A stretch of DNA of 64,000 nucleotides from Octopus vulgaris (taxonomy: Eukaryota): contig OX597814.1 in the NCBI GenBank assembly GCA_951406725.2, forward strand, positions 114,514,001-114,578,000, given 5' to 3'. Position numbers and translations under genes: made by a program. The stretch's first letter is position 1; each line of letters begins with the position of its first letter. Below are positions 47,882-60,977 of this stretch, in pieces. The notes under the pieces are model-generated. The model made no database searches and was not told the origin of the DNA. It saw only the letters and a program-made list of their open reading frames with translations.

Positions 47882-48389
47882 TCTATATATATAAAACTGT
47901 AGTTGTGTGAGTGTCTGTCCCCTTCGATTTAGATTCCTAACTCCTCCCACATTTTGCGGTGCAGTTTAACCAAATTAGGGTATCTTATAGTCGTGATTCA
48001 TATCGAGACCGTCTGGCTATTAGCGCGCGTCAACGATGAGTCTACGATTTAAAAAATAATTTAACATCATTTTTTATTCCATTTTAATGCATAATTTTTC
48101 GTGTGTCGATGGCGGCGGAGTTGGCGTCCACGCTCACAGCTGAACCTGTTTGCTCCTCCCCCTTCCCTCCCTCGTGAAGCTTGGGGAAAGGAGTGTAAAG
48201 AAATCAACGCCGTAATGCGTTGTCAAGGAGACCAGCGTTCTTTTAGAACAACGACTTCATGGCTTGAAGACACCAAAACAGAAATGGCTAAGAAAGCCCG
48301 AATTGGCATCTATAAGGGAAGTAACTCTCTAAAAATGCTTATATAGTTATTTCCCTTACAAACCCGAGCAACGCCGGGCGATACTGCTA

Positions 48390-48390
<1 letters not shown>
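47882..48390 (+). mobile_element. Non-autonomous Helitron (subtype b)
   Basis: TC...hairpin...CTAG termini. Confidence 0.88.
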
Positions 48391-48447
<57 letters not shown>

Positions 48448-48510
48448 TATATATATATGACGAGGTAGCAACGAGAATGCCTCGTGAAAAATATCTGTTC
48501 CGGCTTGGCT

Positions 48511-48617
48511 ATTTCTTACTGATGAATCTAAGGGCCTATGGTAGATTGGCTTGATTTAATTTAATCAGGTTAGTTTTCCATTAAACAGTAGATGAAACGG
48601 TGCATCGTCTAAGAAAT
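48511..48617 (+). ncRNA. Apparently intact type-I hammerhead ribozyme
   Basis: Stem I atttctta/taagaaat (8 bp), CTGATGA 48519-48525, stem II atcta/tagat with long internal hairpin, GAAA 48594-48597, stem III acggtgcatcgt, GUC with C at 48609. Lies within a (TA)n-flanked segment 48459-48840. Confidence 0.8.
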
Positions 48618-48838
48618 TACAGGGTAAATGTTTTTTAATTTTCTCCTGGTTTACGGAATTGACGTTATTTTGCGGTTAAAGCTTTTGGCTGTTATTTCTA
48701 GTGGGTGAATGGCCTATTATGGCCGTTCCTTGATTGTGATGTTGAACTTAAAAATGGTTTATGACTATTTAATTTTTTCCCACTAGGCCGCTGGTGGCAA
48801 AAGAATTCTACAAAATTTTTTTGCCACCCTATATTGAT

Positions 48839-48946
<108 letters not shown>

Positions 48947-49577
48947 ATTCACATATGCATACATATACACACATGTTGTTTATTCAAACTTAACGTATAA
49001 TGAGTTATAAATTATTTTTTTAGAGTTACAGAGTTTCAAAGCTAATATTTATAGAGCTGAATAAACAATATTTTAGAGAAAATATGAAAGTAAGATGAAG
49101 AAGATAAAAAAACTGAAAGGAAAAATTAAACGAAGACAAAGGAAAAAAGAATGGATGCAAGATTTTGAAAAGAAGACGGACAGAAGGTGATAAATACATT
49201 CTAGCTGAGGTCACATCCAAAGTCAATGTGGTTGTTTGCGTGCTTCGGCTTTGGAACATAGAGGGGAATTTCGGCGTTGATCTCTTAACCTGACAAGCTT
49301 TCTGTAATACCCTTTTAGTAGACTAAGCCAAACCTTAAATTACACCCACATTAATACCAAATACGTCTAAAACAATATCATCAACTCGTTTAACAACATC
49401 TGAGGCGGTTACATCTATCAGCCAATAAACAAATGTATACTGACGCCATTTTTTTTTCAAAACCACATTCTTTTAGATCACCATGTTGGCGCGCGCGCGT
49501 GCCTGTCTGTCTTCACTATATATATAGTGAGTGTTTGTGTGCCTGCCTACGTGCCTTCAGTATATTTATATATAGTG

Positions 49578-49762
49578 AAGGCGCATGCCTAGTGGTTAGG
49601 GTGCTGCACTCACGGTCGGAAATCGCAGGTTCGATTCTAGGACTGTGTCCTTGAGCAAAACATTTAATTTTACTTTGATCTGGTCTGTTCAGGGGTAGCT
49701 CAATGCGAAGCGCATTGTGACTAGTGATGTACAACAACATCCGATAGTTTGGTTGATTACGC

Positions 49763-49765
<3 letters not shown>
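49578..49765 (+). mobile_element. SINE group C-related copy
   Basis: aaggcgcatgcctagtggttagg head and tgtgtccttgagcaa core. Confidence 0.65.
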
Positions 49766-49845
<80 letters not shown>

Positions 49846-49960
49846 ATATATATATGTATGTATATATTGTTGAAATTTACAGAAAAACAAAAGAAGACTG
49901 GTGTGTAAACAACAAGCAGGTGTATCGGTTTGACGCCTGGTAAGGCTAGAAAGTCTTTTA

Positions 49961-50028
<68 letters not shown>

Positions 50029-50973
50029 TGTATGTATGTATGCATGTATGTATGTATGCATGTATGTGTGTATCCTTCATTATTTATATCGCTGTTTAAA
50101 GCCATTGTTATTATCAGATGAGTACTGTTCCGCTAAATATCGCAGTTGCTTGGAACTCATGTTGTGTTCATGAACGATGCAAAGAAGAAAGAATAGTTTT
50201 CCAAACATCAAAAATTAATTCCATGTTTTTAAATTTGGGGATTATCTCCCTTACTTTCTGTGGAGAAACAAAAAAGAAAACCTTAACGTTGATGGTTTCT
50301 TTTCATTTGAATTGATTTAGATTCTATGCGGTTTGCAACAAATTGTAAACAGCAGTTTAGTGAAGTTAGACACTGCTTGCTTTAACCCGACTGCCAATCA
50401 GAATCAATGTAATCATGTATATGGCAAAGCCGGCCAATTGAATACGGGACCATCATACAGTTTCCATTTAATTTCTTAATGTTTGGGTTGACCAGAGGAA
50501 GACTCTTGCAAATCGTGACGTCCATCGGGATCGAAATTGGATGTCTATGATTGAGACGCAAAATATCTTAATCCTCCCCCATATACACATACACATTGAT
50601 AAAACATATATTGATACGCGTATGTTCATGCGTACTTGGAAACATACTGTTCATGTTTTTGTTAAAAAACTTTGTAATAAAACGAATAACACCTGTATCA
50701 AATTTTGGCACAAGGCCCGCAAATTGGGGGTGGGGTGCATAAGATACCGTAAGTCGATTACATCGAGCCCATTGCTCAACTGGTACTCATTTTATCGACC
50801 ACAAAAGTATGAAAAATAAAGTTGGCCTCGGCAGAATTTGAACCAAGAATGTAAAGACAGTTCTGCGTCCCTTTTCCTTGCACCAAATTTTACTTTGAAG
50901 TACTGGAAGCCACAACCATCGTGTGTCATTACTTTTACGAAGGTAAGCATTTCGACCGGCATACTAACGATAC

Positions 50974-51369
50974 TTTTCTACTCTAGGCACAAGGCCCGAA
51001 ATTTTTCGGGGAGGGGCCAGTCGATTAGATCGATCCCAGTACGCAACTGGTACTTAATTTATCGACTCCTAAAGGATGAAAGGAAAAGTCGGTCTCGGCG
51101 GAAATTTGAACTCAGAACGTAAAGACAGACGAAATACCTATTTCTTTACTACCCATAAGGGTCTAAACACAGAGGGAACAAACAAGGACAGACAAACGGA
51201 TTAAGTCGATTATATCGATCCCAGTGCGTAACTGGTACTTATTTAATCAACCCCGAAAGGATGAAAGGCAAAGTCGACATCGGCGGAATTTGAACTCAGA
51301 ACGTAAAGACAGACGAAATACCGCTACGCATTTCACTCGGCTTGCTAACAATTCTGCCAGCTCGCCTTC
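50974..51369 (-). mobile_element. SINE group B dimer with two tail types
   Basis: Same architecture as 12795-13192. Confidence 0.88.
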
Positions 51370-51506
51370 CAAAGGACTAATACAAAAAGTGATATTAATC
51401 GACTGCTGCTGATTCTTTCTACAATAGGCACAAAACCTGACACTTTGTGGCAAGTTGGGAGCTAGCCGATTACATCAACCCCAGTTCTCGACAGGTACTT
51501 ATATTA

Positions 51507-51519
51507 CACTGGGCAAAAA

Positions 51520-51554
<35 letters not shown>

Positions 51555-53907
51555 AAGAAATTGTCTACTACCCTTACAAATGATGCTGTACCAAATTAAA
51601 CCGAGTGTGCTGATTCCGAATCTGAACAAAGAATTGCCGCAGCACGTCAGGATTTTGAGTTATGCGCATAATTATATATCAATATTATATTAAAATCGAT
51701 AATAGTTAAGTTCAAGGTAAATAATTATTATAATAGGATATTAGTACTGTATATAGTATATTCATGTTCAAGGCAAATAGTATTATAATATAATGGTGCA
51801 CAGTATATTTATGTTAAAGGAATACTCACTTTATTTTTTATATGCTCAGCTCAGAAATGTTTGAGATACTTGCTCTTACGCTTATGTGTCTTGCTGGTCT
51901 CCCGTTGTAAGAACCAGCAGTAGTCACCTATCATATGTGGATTGAACCGGCCTCGATAATTCGTTTCCATCTCAGTTATGTTCTGTTGGAATGTCTCACT
52001 ATACTCATAACTAACAGCACCAAAATTCGTTGGAAAAATATCGAGATGAGAATGCAAGAAGTGCATTGTAAGGGACATTCGGCATCCCGTTCTTTCATAC
52101 GCTGTTAATGTGTTGTTTATTAAACCAGCATAGTTTTCAGCTCTATGATTTCCAAGAAAGTTCTGCACAACCAACACGAATGAATCCCATGCCGTCAGCT
52201 CAACTGGATTCAGTTTACCTCTGAATTTGCTATAAGACATCAATTCTCTGATCGCAGGTCCAATGAAGATGCTTGCTTCCAGTTGTGCGTTACTTTTAAG
52301 TCCTGGAAGCCACAGCCAAAGTGTGTCGTTGTTTTTACGAAGTTTTTCATGAGGACAAGTTTGATGTGAAGGGATGGAAAGATCTTTTGCAGGTCTACCA
52401 GTGGCATATGCTGCACATTGCACCTACCAACTATGTGCTCATCTCTTTTAGGCCAGTCTTTAACAGTGTAATGATTGCTGTCGTCGCGGCTGTTCGAACC
52501 ATACAAGAAGCACATATTTTTAGTATATCCCAGCTGCAGTCCTAGGAGGAGGAAAATCACCTTAAATCACCACAAATACTCCACTTATGAACTCAGTAAT
52601 TAACTCCTTTCAGAATGAGTCCCTTCGATTCATAAGTTTCCTCCATACCGACAACATGACACACAAGAACGTAAGGATTTTCATTACCATTATGTAACAA
52701 CACAGCTTTAAGGTTAACCTTACTTGAATCTGTAAACAATCTCCTTTTGTTAGCCACATGCACGTGTCCAAGTTTTTGCATGTGTGCATTAACGTCAGTA
52801 CAGAAACAAGCATTACTTTCTTGCTTGAAAAAGCTAGAGAAGTTTTTATGGCAGAACAGAAAATGGAAGATTTCGTACCTTGCTGTAGGAGATCCTGTTG
52901 CTGTAGTCTGGATCCCAAAACTTCTGCCCTCTCCTTTGACAATGCTAAGTCTCTTACTAAATCATTCAAATCTTTATGATTAAACAAGTGTGGCTAATTT
53001 TTCTTAGAATTAACTAAGTACTCTTCGTCGATAGAAAATCAAGGGTTTCATCGTGTGACGTGTGAAGGTCTTCAAGTGAATCATGTGAAAAAGGAACTGG
53101 GCCAGGGTTTTCGAAGTCATGTGGGACCAGTTTTAGAGCTGACTTACAATCTGCATAGACAATTTTTGCTTTGGTTTTCTTTGAGAAATACTAATATTAG
53201 TCATGCAAAAGTAACAATCAGAGACATGATTGGTTGGATCACGCCATACCATTGGTACAGCGAAAGGCATTCCCTTCCGTTTTCCATTCGGTCACTGTGT
53301 AAGCCCTGAGTAACAGATGGTGCAGTATATATGAGGTACTCACCTCTTGTCTTGGTCCCCAACTTTACACCTGAAATAATATTTACAGGCAGTTTTTAAT
53401 TTCGTGGTAATGTTCTTCCGCTGATCACGCGGAGAAAATTTTCCACAGACATAAGAAAGATTGTCTGGGGGATTCACATAGCCTCTCTTATTCATGATCT
53501 AACACAATAAACGCAGTTAAAACAGTAGCCACGCAGAGCGAGAGATACTCAAACCACACGTGACGGCAACGCAAACCACATTGTGAGTTACCAAGAACAA
53601 ACTGACGGATTTTGCGTTTGCACACGATACACCAGCGCCATCTATTGCTAAACTAAATAAACTTTTCCATCACTTGATTTATTGCTGTTATTTCTTTAAT
53701 TTTGAATGAAGACCGCTTTCATTTTAGCAAATTTTATAATACGGCCTATATCTAGCTGAAAATATAGTTATAATCTTGCGCATGCTAGATTATAGTTATA
53801 ATCCTGACATCCTAGAACAATTCTGAGTGCGGATTCGAAATCAGTATCCTCGATTTAGTCTAAAACACACGCTTTTACTCCTGTAGCAAAATCTTTGCTG
53901 TCCAGTG
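51507..53907 (-). mobile_element. Chapaev3-like (CMC superfamily) DNA transposon inserted in a SINE group B remnant
   Basis: CACTGG...CCAGTG termini; subterminal inverted blocks at about 51595-51660 and 53795-53860; SINE sequence resumes on both sides. Confidence 0.8.
51851..53495 (-). pseudogene. Chapaev3-like transposase pseudogene
   Basis: PDNLSYVCG, DLNDLVRDLALSKERAEVLGSRL, RLFTDSSKVNLKAVLLHNGN, LLLGLQLGYTK, LHIKLVLMKNFVK, MHFLHSHLDIFP and GDYCW motifs spread over several frames. Confidence 0.85.
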
Positions 53908-54364
53908 CCCGAAAAGATGAAAAGCAAAGTCAATCTCGGCCGAATTTGAAGTGAGAACACAAAAACGAGCGGAATGCTGCTGAGCATTATATGCAACTTG
54001 TTAACGATTTTTCCACTTCGCCATCTTTATTGGACGCTGATAACGAGAAAAATACTTAGTGACAAGAGGCATGCTGACATAAGAAAGAAAACACTATGTG
54101 AGTAGAGGTATAGTTGAAAGTGTGGGATATTGGTATCGTTATAATATAGTATTTCAAACAGTGAGATATTTGTGGGTTTATAACTAATGCGATAGGACTA
54201 TCATCTCACTGTTTCTAGCATTCAGACAAAATGTAATATTTCTAAATATTAGGATTTCAATTTTCACAACTGGATGTCTTACGTGTTTTTATTATAGGCT
54301 TAGGATGTACACTGCTTTTAACATAATTTGTTTTACAAATTTACATACATCCATTAACATACAT

Positions 54365-54790
54365 AGGCGTAGGAGTGGCTGTGTGGTAAGTAGCTTGCTT
54401 ACCAACCACATGGTTTCGGGTTCAGTCCCACTGCGTGGCACCTTGGGCAAGTGTCTTCTACTAAAGCCTCGGACCGACCAAAGCCTTGTGAGTAGATTTA
54501 GCAGACGGAAATTGAAAGAAGCCCGTCGTATATATGTATATATATATATATATATGCGTGTGTGTGTGTGTGTGTATACGGTTGTGTGTCTGTGTTTGTA
54601 CCCCCAACATCGCTTGACAACCGATGCTGATGTGCTACGTCCCCGCAACTTAGCGGTTCGGCAAAAGATATCGATAGAATAAGTACCAGGCATACAAAGA
54701 ATAAGTCCTGGGGTCGATTTGCTCGACTAAAGGCGTTGCTCCAGCATGGCCACAGTCAAATGACTGAAACAAGTAAAAGAATAAAAGAGT
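54365..54790 (+). mobile_element. SINE group A
   Basis: Full-length match. Confidence 0.92.
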
Positions 54791-54835
54791 ATATATACAT
54801 ACATACATTCATACATGCATGCATACATACATACA

Positions 54836-54869
<34 letters not shown>

Positions 54870-55457
54870 CATACAGTAGAGAAAAAAACGTCTTTGGACC
54901 ATTGATGAGAAGTTTGCAAAAACACTACCCAAGATATATCTTCAGTTTCATAGCTATTATTCTTGTTGGAACAAAATGATATGTAGTAACCTGCTTACAG
55001 CTATATATGAATGGTCCTGGCTTCTTGCGGGAGAAAATGTAACTCCTTAATTCATACTCTACAAATGATAACGATATATGGAGCAATAGAAATCTTCAAT
55101 ACCTTCATAAGATTTAAAGGAGGATGAACAAAACAAGATTCGCTCCTTCACAATGTTGTTAGCAATCAGATTTCTAATCAAAATGAACCCTAAATTAAAA
55201 AAAAAGAGAAGAAAACATACATACCATAAACTACATGTTAATAACTATGGGGCATTTGGCAGTATTTAAAATCTCATTGAATATTAAACTAAATGAAGTC
55301 ATACAGATTGAATTATATCTACAATAATCCCACGACTATCGCGATAGGTGAAAACCTGCGAATTAGAAACTGTACTGCATATTTATTATTATTATTTTTA
55401 TAATTTGTATATATTTATTTTATTTTATTTATTTATTTATTATTTTTTTTTTAGTGA

Positions 55458-55790
55458 AGGCGCATGGCTCAGTGGTTAGAGCGTCAAGCTTACGATCGTG
55501 AGGTTGTGAGCTCGAATCCCGGACCGGGCTGCGTGTTGTGTTCTTGAGCAAGGCACTTTATTTCACGTTGCTCCAGTTCACTCAGCTGTAGAAATGAGTT
55601 GCGACGTCACTGGTGCCAAGCAGTATCGACCTTTGTCTTTCCCTTGGATAACACTGGTGGCGTGGAGAGGGGAGGCTGGTATGCATGGGCGACTGCTGGT
55701 CTTCCATAAACAACCTCGCCCGGACTTGTGTCTAGGAGGGTAACTTTCTAGGTGCAATCCCATGGTCTGTGTCGTGACCGAAGGGGGTCT
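55458..55790 (+). mobile_element. SINE group C (second tail type)
   Basis: Matches 22713-23045. Confidence 0.9.
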
Positions 55791-56699
55791 CCGATATTTA
55801 TTTTACTATAAATGCAAAGCAACACCACAGAAGAATCGAGGTAAGCTTAAATAATAAACTGCAATGGATAAACCTCGATATGGCGAGGGATTACAGTATA
55901 TATTAGGCTCCGCTATTAGTTGATAAAATCGGCACTGTCCAATGTAAGCATTCAGATGTTTAACGACCAATAAACTACTGGAGAAGAATAGAGAATAACA
56001 GTAAGCTCTCTGGAAAGCGGTTTTTAATTTTCATTTATAGGCATTTTGAATTACATCGATAATACTTATGAGAGAAGCAAGAACATCAAACAGTCTCCAG
56101 ACTTCTTGCCGATCTACGAAATTGAATAATAATACCGAGCAGCAGCCATGGAAATTCTATGGTTATTTCGAAAACTAAAAAAATTGTTAAAATAGGGAGC
56201 CGTGAAATATGTTTGTTTTGAAACGGTATTTTTTTTCTGAGGCGTCTGATTTTAGAAAAGGTGTGAAGTCCACATAGATAGTATTGTAGCAGCAGTCATA
56301 GAACAGAACATTTTTGAAGGCTACATTCCTTGTTATACTCTTCTCACCTTTTCGACACTGAAACGTGTTGCTTACTATTTTTATTTCCACTTACGTGAAG
56401 TGAATGCCCTTCGGAAACAGCTATGCACAACTTGCCGTAATTAAAATGTTAAAATTATTGAAAGTGTGTCGAAAGAATAATGTACATAGCTAGTTCTAGA
56501 AACTATTTTAACTGTGGAATGGAATCGAAGATATGGTCCTATTCTGCTACAGTGCCACGACACTGGCAAGGCTAAAACATATCTTTATACGTTGTAAAAC
56601 ATCCTTATTTTAATATCAGAATACACATATGACGGTGAGCTGGCAGAAACGATAGCACGCCGGACGATAATGCCTAGCTGTATTTCGTCTGTCGCTATC

Positions 56700-57093
56700 C
56701 TTTCTACTATAGGCACAAGGCCTGGATTTTGTGGGGAAGGGGACAATCCATCACATCAACCTCAGTACTTGAACCGTACTTAATTTATCGACCCTGAAAT
56801 GGATGAAAGGCAAAGTCGACCTCGGCGGAATTTGATCTCAGAACGTAGCGATAGAGAAAATACCTATTTATTTATTACCCACAAGGGGCTAAACACAGGG
56901 GAGAAACAAGGACAGACAAACGGATTAAGTCGATTACTTTTACTCCAGTGCGTAACTGGTACTTATTTAATCGACCCCGAAAGGATGAAAGGCAAAGTCG
57001 ACCTCGGCGGAATTTAAACTCAGAACGTAGCGGCAGACGAAATACAGCTAAGCATTTCGCCCGACGTGCTAACGTTTCTGCCAACTCTTTACC
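56700..57093 (-). mobile_element. SINE group B dimer with two tail types
   Basis: Same architecture as 50974-51369; preceded by an inverted head fragment at 56631-56697. Confidence 0.85.
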
Positions 57094-57153
57094 TTGGACT
57101 CGAGGATATATAATGCAAATATATTTTGTTTTAAGATTTTTTATCGCATCAAT

Positions 57154-57705
57154 AAGGCGATGAGCTAGCAGAATTGTTAGCACGCCGGGCAACATGCTTA
57201 GCAGCATTTCGTCTGTCTTAATACTCTGAGTTCAAATTCCGCCGAGGTCGGCTTTGCTTTCACCCTTTCGGGGTCAATAAAATAAGTACCGTTGATCACT
57301 GAGGTCAATGTAATCAACTTACTCCCTCCCTCAAAATTGCTGGCTTTCTACCACTAATTCGAAACCCTTATTTATGGCACCCATAAGCTGGCATTCTGTC
57401 AGTTACAACGATGATCATTACAGCTGATCCGATCAACGGATCAGCCTGCTCGTCAAATTAGCGTGCAAGTAGCTGAGTCAGCCACAAACATGCGTATCCT
57501 TAACGTAGTAGTCAGGGAGTTTCAGCGTGACACTGAAGATTTGCCCTTTGAAATACAGATACTTCTAATTTTTTTTACAACCGAGTTAACTGGAGCAGCA
57601 TGAAATAAAGTGTCTTGCATAAGGATACAACACACCTCCAGGAATCGAACTCTCGACATTACGATTGTGAGTGGAATATCTCTAAGCAATAAGGTATGCT
57701 CCTTC
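57154..57705. mobile_element. SINE group B (+, 57154-57370) and SINE group C (-, about 57385-57705)
   Basis: Similarity to the other copies. Confidence 0.75.
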
Positions 57706-57801
57706 ACTTATCACATCAATACACTTTATATGCCAAACATTTAAGAGCAACTTATAATAAGAACATTTGGTAATATCCTTAAGGATATCGAGGGTGCTGT
57801 A

Positions 57802-59073
57802 CGAGGGACGTTCAATAAGTAATGCCTCTGACCCACTTGCAATTGTTTGATCTAGCTGAAATTTTGCATGTGCAATCATTTATATCTCTATAGAGTAAGT
57901 GGCAAATTGTGGTTTCTGATTTACAGGTGTTTGAACTGAGTCAAGTGTGAAATGGAGCCTGTTGAGTGTCGAGCAGTGATCCGGTTTTTGTATTTGAAAG
58001 GACGCACACCACGGGAGACTTTTGATGAAATGAAAGTAACTTATGGTGATGATGCCCCATCATATGACCTTGTAAAACGCTGGTATCGTGAATTCAAACA
58101 TGGTCGGAACTCTGTGGAAACAGCTCCCAGATCTGGTCGCCCCCTTCTGCCATTGATGAGGCATCTGTCCGTCAAGTTGAGGCTGCCATTTTGGAAGATC
58201 GACGCATAATTATTCGCCAAATAGCCCATGAGGTCAAGATTAGTACCGGGTCTGTGGAAACTATCATTCATGACCATTTGCATATGCAAAAGGTGTCTGC
58301 CAGATGGATTCCCAGGTTGCTCACGCCTTTCCAGAAGCAAGAACGCGTCGAGTGCTCGAGGGTGAATTTGGAGATGTGCCAAGAAGATGAGTCAAAATTT
58401 TTCAAAAGACTGATTACACAGGATGAGACCTGGGTCCATCACGATGATCCAGAGACCAAAGCCCAGTCAATGCAGTGGAAGCACCATGACTCACCCCCCT
58501 CCAAAGAAGGCAAGGGTGCAGCCCTCCGCTGGCAAGGTCATGCTCACAGTCTTCTGGGACCAGGACGGAGTAGTGATGACAGATTTTCTGGCAAAGGGTA
58601 CCACAATTGCAGGAGCCTATTATGCTTCACTTTTGAGGAAATTAAGAGAAGTTATCAAAATCAAGAGGTGGGGCAAGATCAGCAAAGGCATCCTCCTGCA
58701 GGACAACGCTCCGGTCCACAAATCGCTTGTCGCCAGATCAGAAGCACATGCGTATGGCTATGAACTCCTCCCCATCCCCCCTCCTTTCCTGACCTTGCAC
58801 CCTCTAATTTTCACCTATTCCCAATCATGAAGTTGTTTTTGAAAGGAAAGCGTTTTCCAGATGATGCAGCCTTGATTTCTGAAGTCACGTTGAGGTTGGA
58901 GGACCAAGCTGGGTTCTTCTACAAAAACGGTCTCCAGAGCCGCATCAAACGATGGGAGAAATGCGTAACTCTGGGTGGTTCCTATGTAGAAAAAGACTAA
59001 TAACTGTGCCAAGTTTCGTTGCTCTACTGCTATGGGAAGTGGGTCAGGGGCATTACTTATTGAACGCCCCTCG
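57802..59073 (+). mobile_element. Full-length mariner element (irritans-like)
   Basis: TA-flanked TIRs cgagggacgttcaataagtaatgcc / ggcattacttattgaacgcccctcg. Confidence 0.95.
57952..59000 (+). pseudogene. mariner transposase pseudogene
   Basis: MEPVECRAVIRFL, WIPRLL, ITQDETWVHH, KVMLTVFWD, LQDNAPVH and PDLAPSNF motifs; at least three frameshifts. Confidence 0.93.
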
Positions 59074-59293
59074 TAACAATCGAGTATATCAATTCTAGAT
59101 ACTTTACAGCTAATTTCGTTTTATCGGCCCCAGAAGAATGACAGCTTAAACTGACTTCAGCGGGATTTTAACTTGGAACCTAAAGAGAAGCAGCAATTTA
59201 CCGCAAGTCATATTGTACGATGCCATGTAGTTTCTATCACTTCATCGTCCTTAAAACTTCCTGTAAAAATCAACAGCAGAAGCCATAACAATT

Positions 59294-59525
59294 AGGCGGC
59301 GAGCTGGCAGAATCGTTAGCACGCCAGGCGAAATGCGTAGCCGTATTTCGCCTGCCGTTACGTTCTGAGTTCAAATTTCGCCGATGTCGACTTTGCCTTT
59401 CATGCTTTCGGGGTCGATAAATTAAGTACCAGTCGCGCGCTGGGGTCGATGTAATCGACTTAATTCCTTTGTCTGTCCTTGTTTGTCCTCTCTGTGTTTA
59501 GTCCCTTGTGGTAATAAAGAAATAA
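59294..59525 (+). mobile_element. SINE group B monomer
   Basis: Full head, body and tail; flanked by the direct repeat ccataacaat. Confidence 0.92.
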
Positions 59526-59642
59526 GAAACCATAACAATGATAATAAAGAAGAACTAAGTGTAATCCCGATAATTATAAAACAGCACCGATAGGCAGTTA
59601 TGGTGATGTTGCTTTATAAATTTCAGTATTTAGTTGAGTGTG

Positions 59643-59935
59643 ACGGTGCGTGGCCTAGTGGTTAGAGTATTGCATTCGCATCATAAGATCATGGTTTCGA
59701 TTCCCGTATTGGCTGGTGCGTTGTGTTTCTTCATAAAACACTTCATTTCACGTTGCCCTACGATCACTTTGGCATCTCACGCGTGGCGCAACAGGCACTT
59801 CTATAGGCAGTTTCATGGAGGAAGTGAGTTAATATGCGACCCAGCCATTTGATCACTATAAACAAACTGTCTGTGAAGAGTGTTCAGTAAGAAATTGCAG
59901 AACCCTTATATTTCGTTTACGACTGCAGAGTCCCC
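59643..59935 (+). mobile_element. tRNA-derived SINE, group C-related head
   Basis: ggtgcgtggcctagtggttagag...ggtttcgattccc. Confidence 0.6.
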
Positions 59936-60175
59936 CCACTACAACCATGTACATTTAGTTGTGTCCACTTTGCATTTGGAGTCTGGATTTAATAAAGTGC
60001 CTGGTTTGTAATGATGTGGATGGCTGGATATCCGTTGATGAGGACTCGTGTTTGATCAACTGAATTAATGTGTAACTGGTTGAGCATCCGCACAACAAAC
60101 GCTACAAGTTGTATGACAATGTTGTACCTTTGAATTACGAGCACAATTTATTCGAGGGTGTACTATACAATTTCT

Positions 60176-60357
60176 TATTTCTTTACTGCCCACAAGGGGC
60201 TACAAGGACAGACTAACGGATTAACTCGATTATATTGACCCTAGTGCGTAAAGTAAAGTCGACCTCGGCGGAATTTGAACTCAGAACGTAGCGGTAGACG
60301 AAATACCGCTTAGCATTTCGCCAGGTGTGCTAACATTTCTGCCAGCTCGCCGCCTTA
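60176..60357 (-). mobile_element. SINE group B monomer with 17-bp TSD
   Basis: tgtactatacaatttct at 60159-60175 and 60360-60376. Confidence 0.9.
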
Positions 60358-60748
60358 ATTGTACTATACAATTTCTGTCTTCTCAGTTTCACTCACAAGG
60401 TATTGTTTGACACAAGGTTCTAAAAAAGACACTAGCCCAAAATGTCATGCAGGGAAACTAACTCCGAGATATCGTGACTGCGAAGGGAATTTCTTTACCA
60501 TTCGGTCATATTGCCATTAGCTACAGTAGTTATCGAATATAAAACTGTTATCTATAAAAGTAATCATAGGAACATTTAAGGAATCACAGATACTAAAACA
60601 CGAGTCTACACATGCAACAAATAAATACTTATATAAATATACAGATGCATACAAGCCATTGAGGTAGCGTCCATGCAGTTATTCGACCAATTACAAAAAA
60701 AGCAATCAAATTTCCATTAAGTAACATCCTACTGTTTCAAAATATATA

Positions 60749-60977
60749 TTTCTTTACTGCCCACAAGGGGCTAAACATTGAGGGGACAAACAAGTACAGA
60801 CAAAGGGATTAAATCGATTACATCGACCCCAGCGCGAAATTGGTACTTTATTTATCGGCCCCGAAAGGATGAAAGGCAAAGTCGACCTCGGCGAAATTTG
60901 AACCAGAACGTAACGACAGACGAAATACGGCCACGCATTTCGCCCGGCATGCTAACGTTTCTGCCAGCTCGCCGCCT
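60749..60977 (-). mobile_element. SINE group B monomer with TSD
   Basis: ctgtttcaaaatata on both sides. Confidence 0.9.

Noticed and set aside
55458-55530. tRNA-like sequences at SINE heads
   Set aside because: A/B boxes are present but they continue into SINE bodies without a proper acceptor stem; not tRNA genes.
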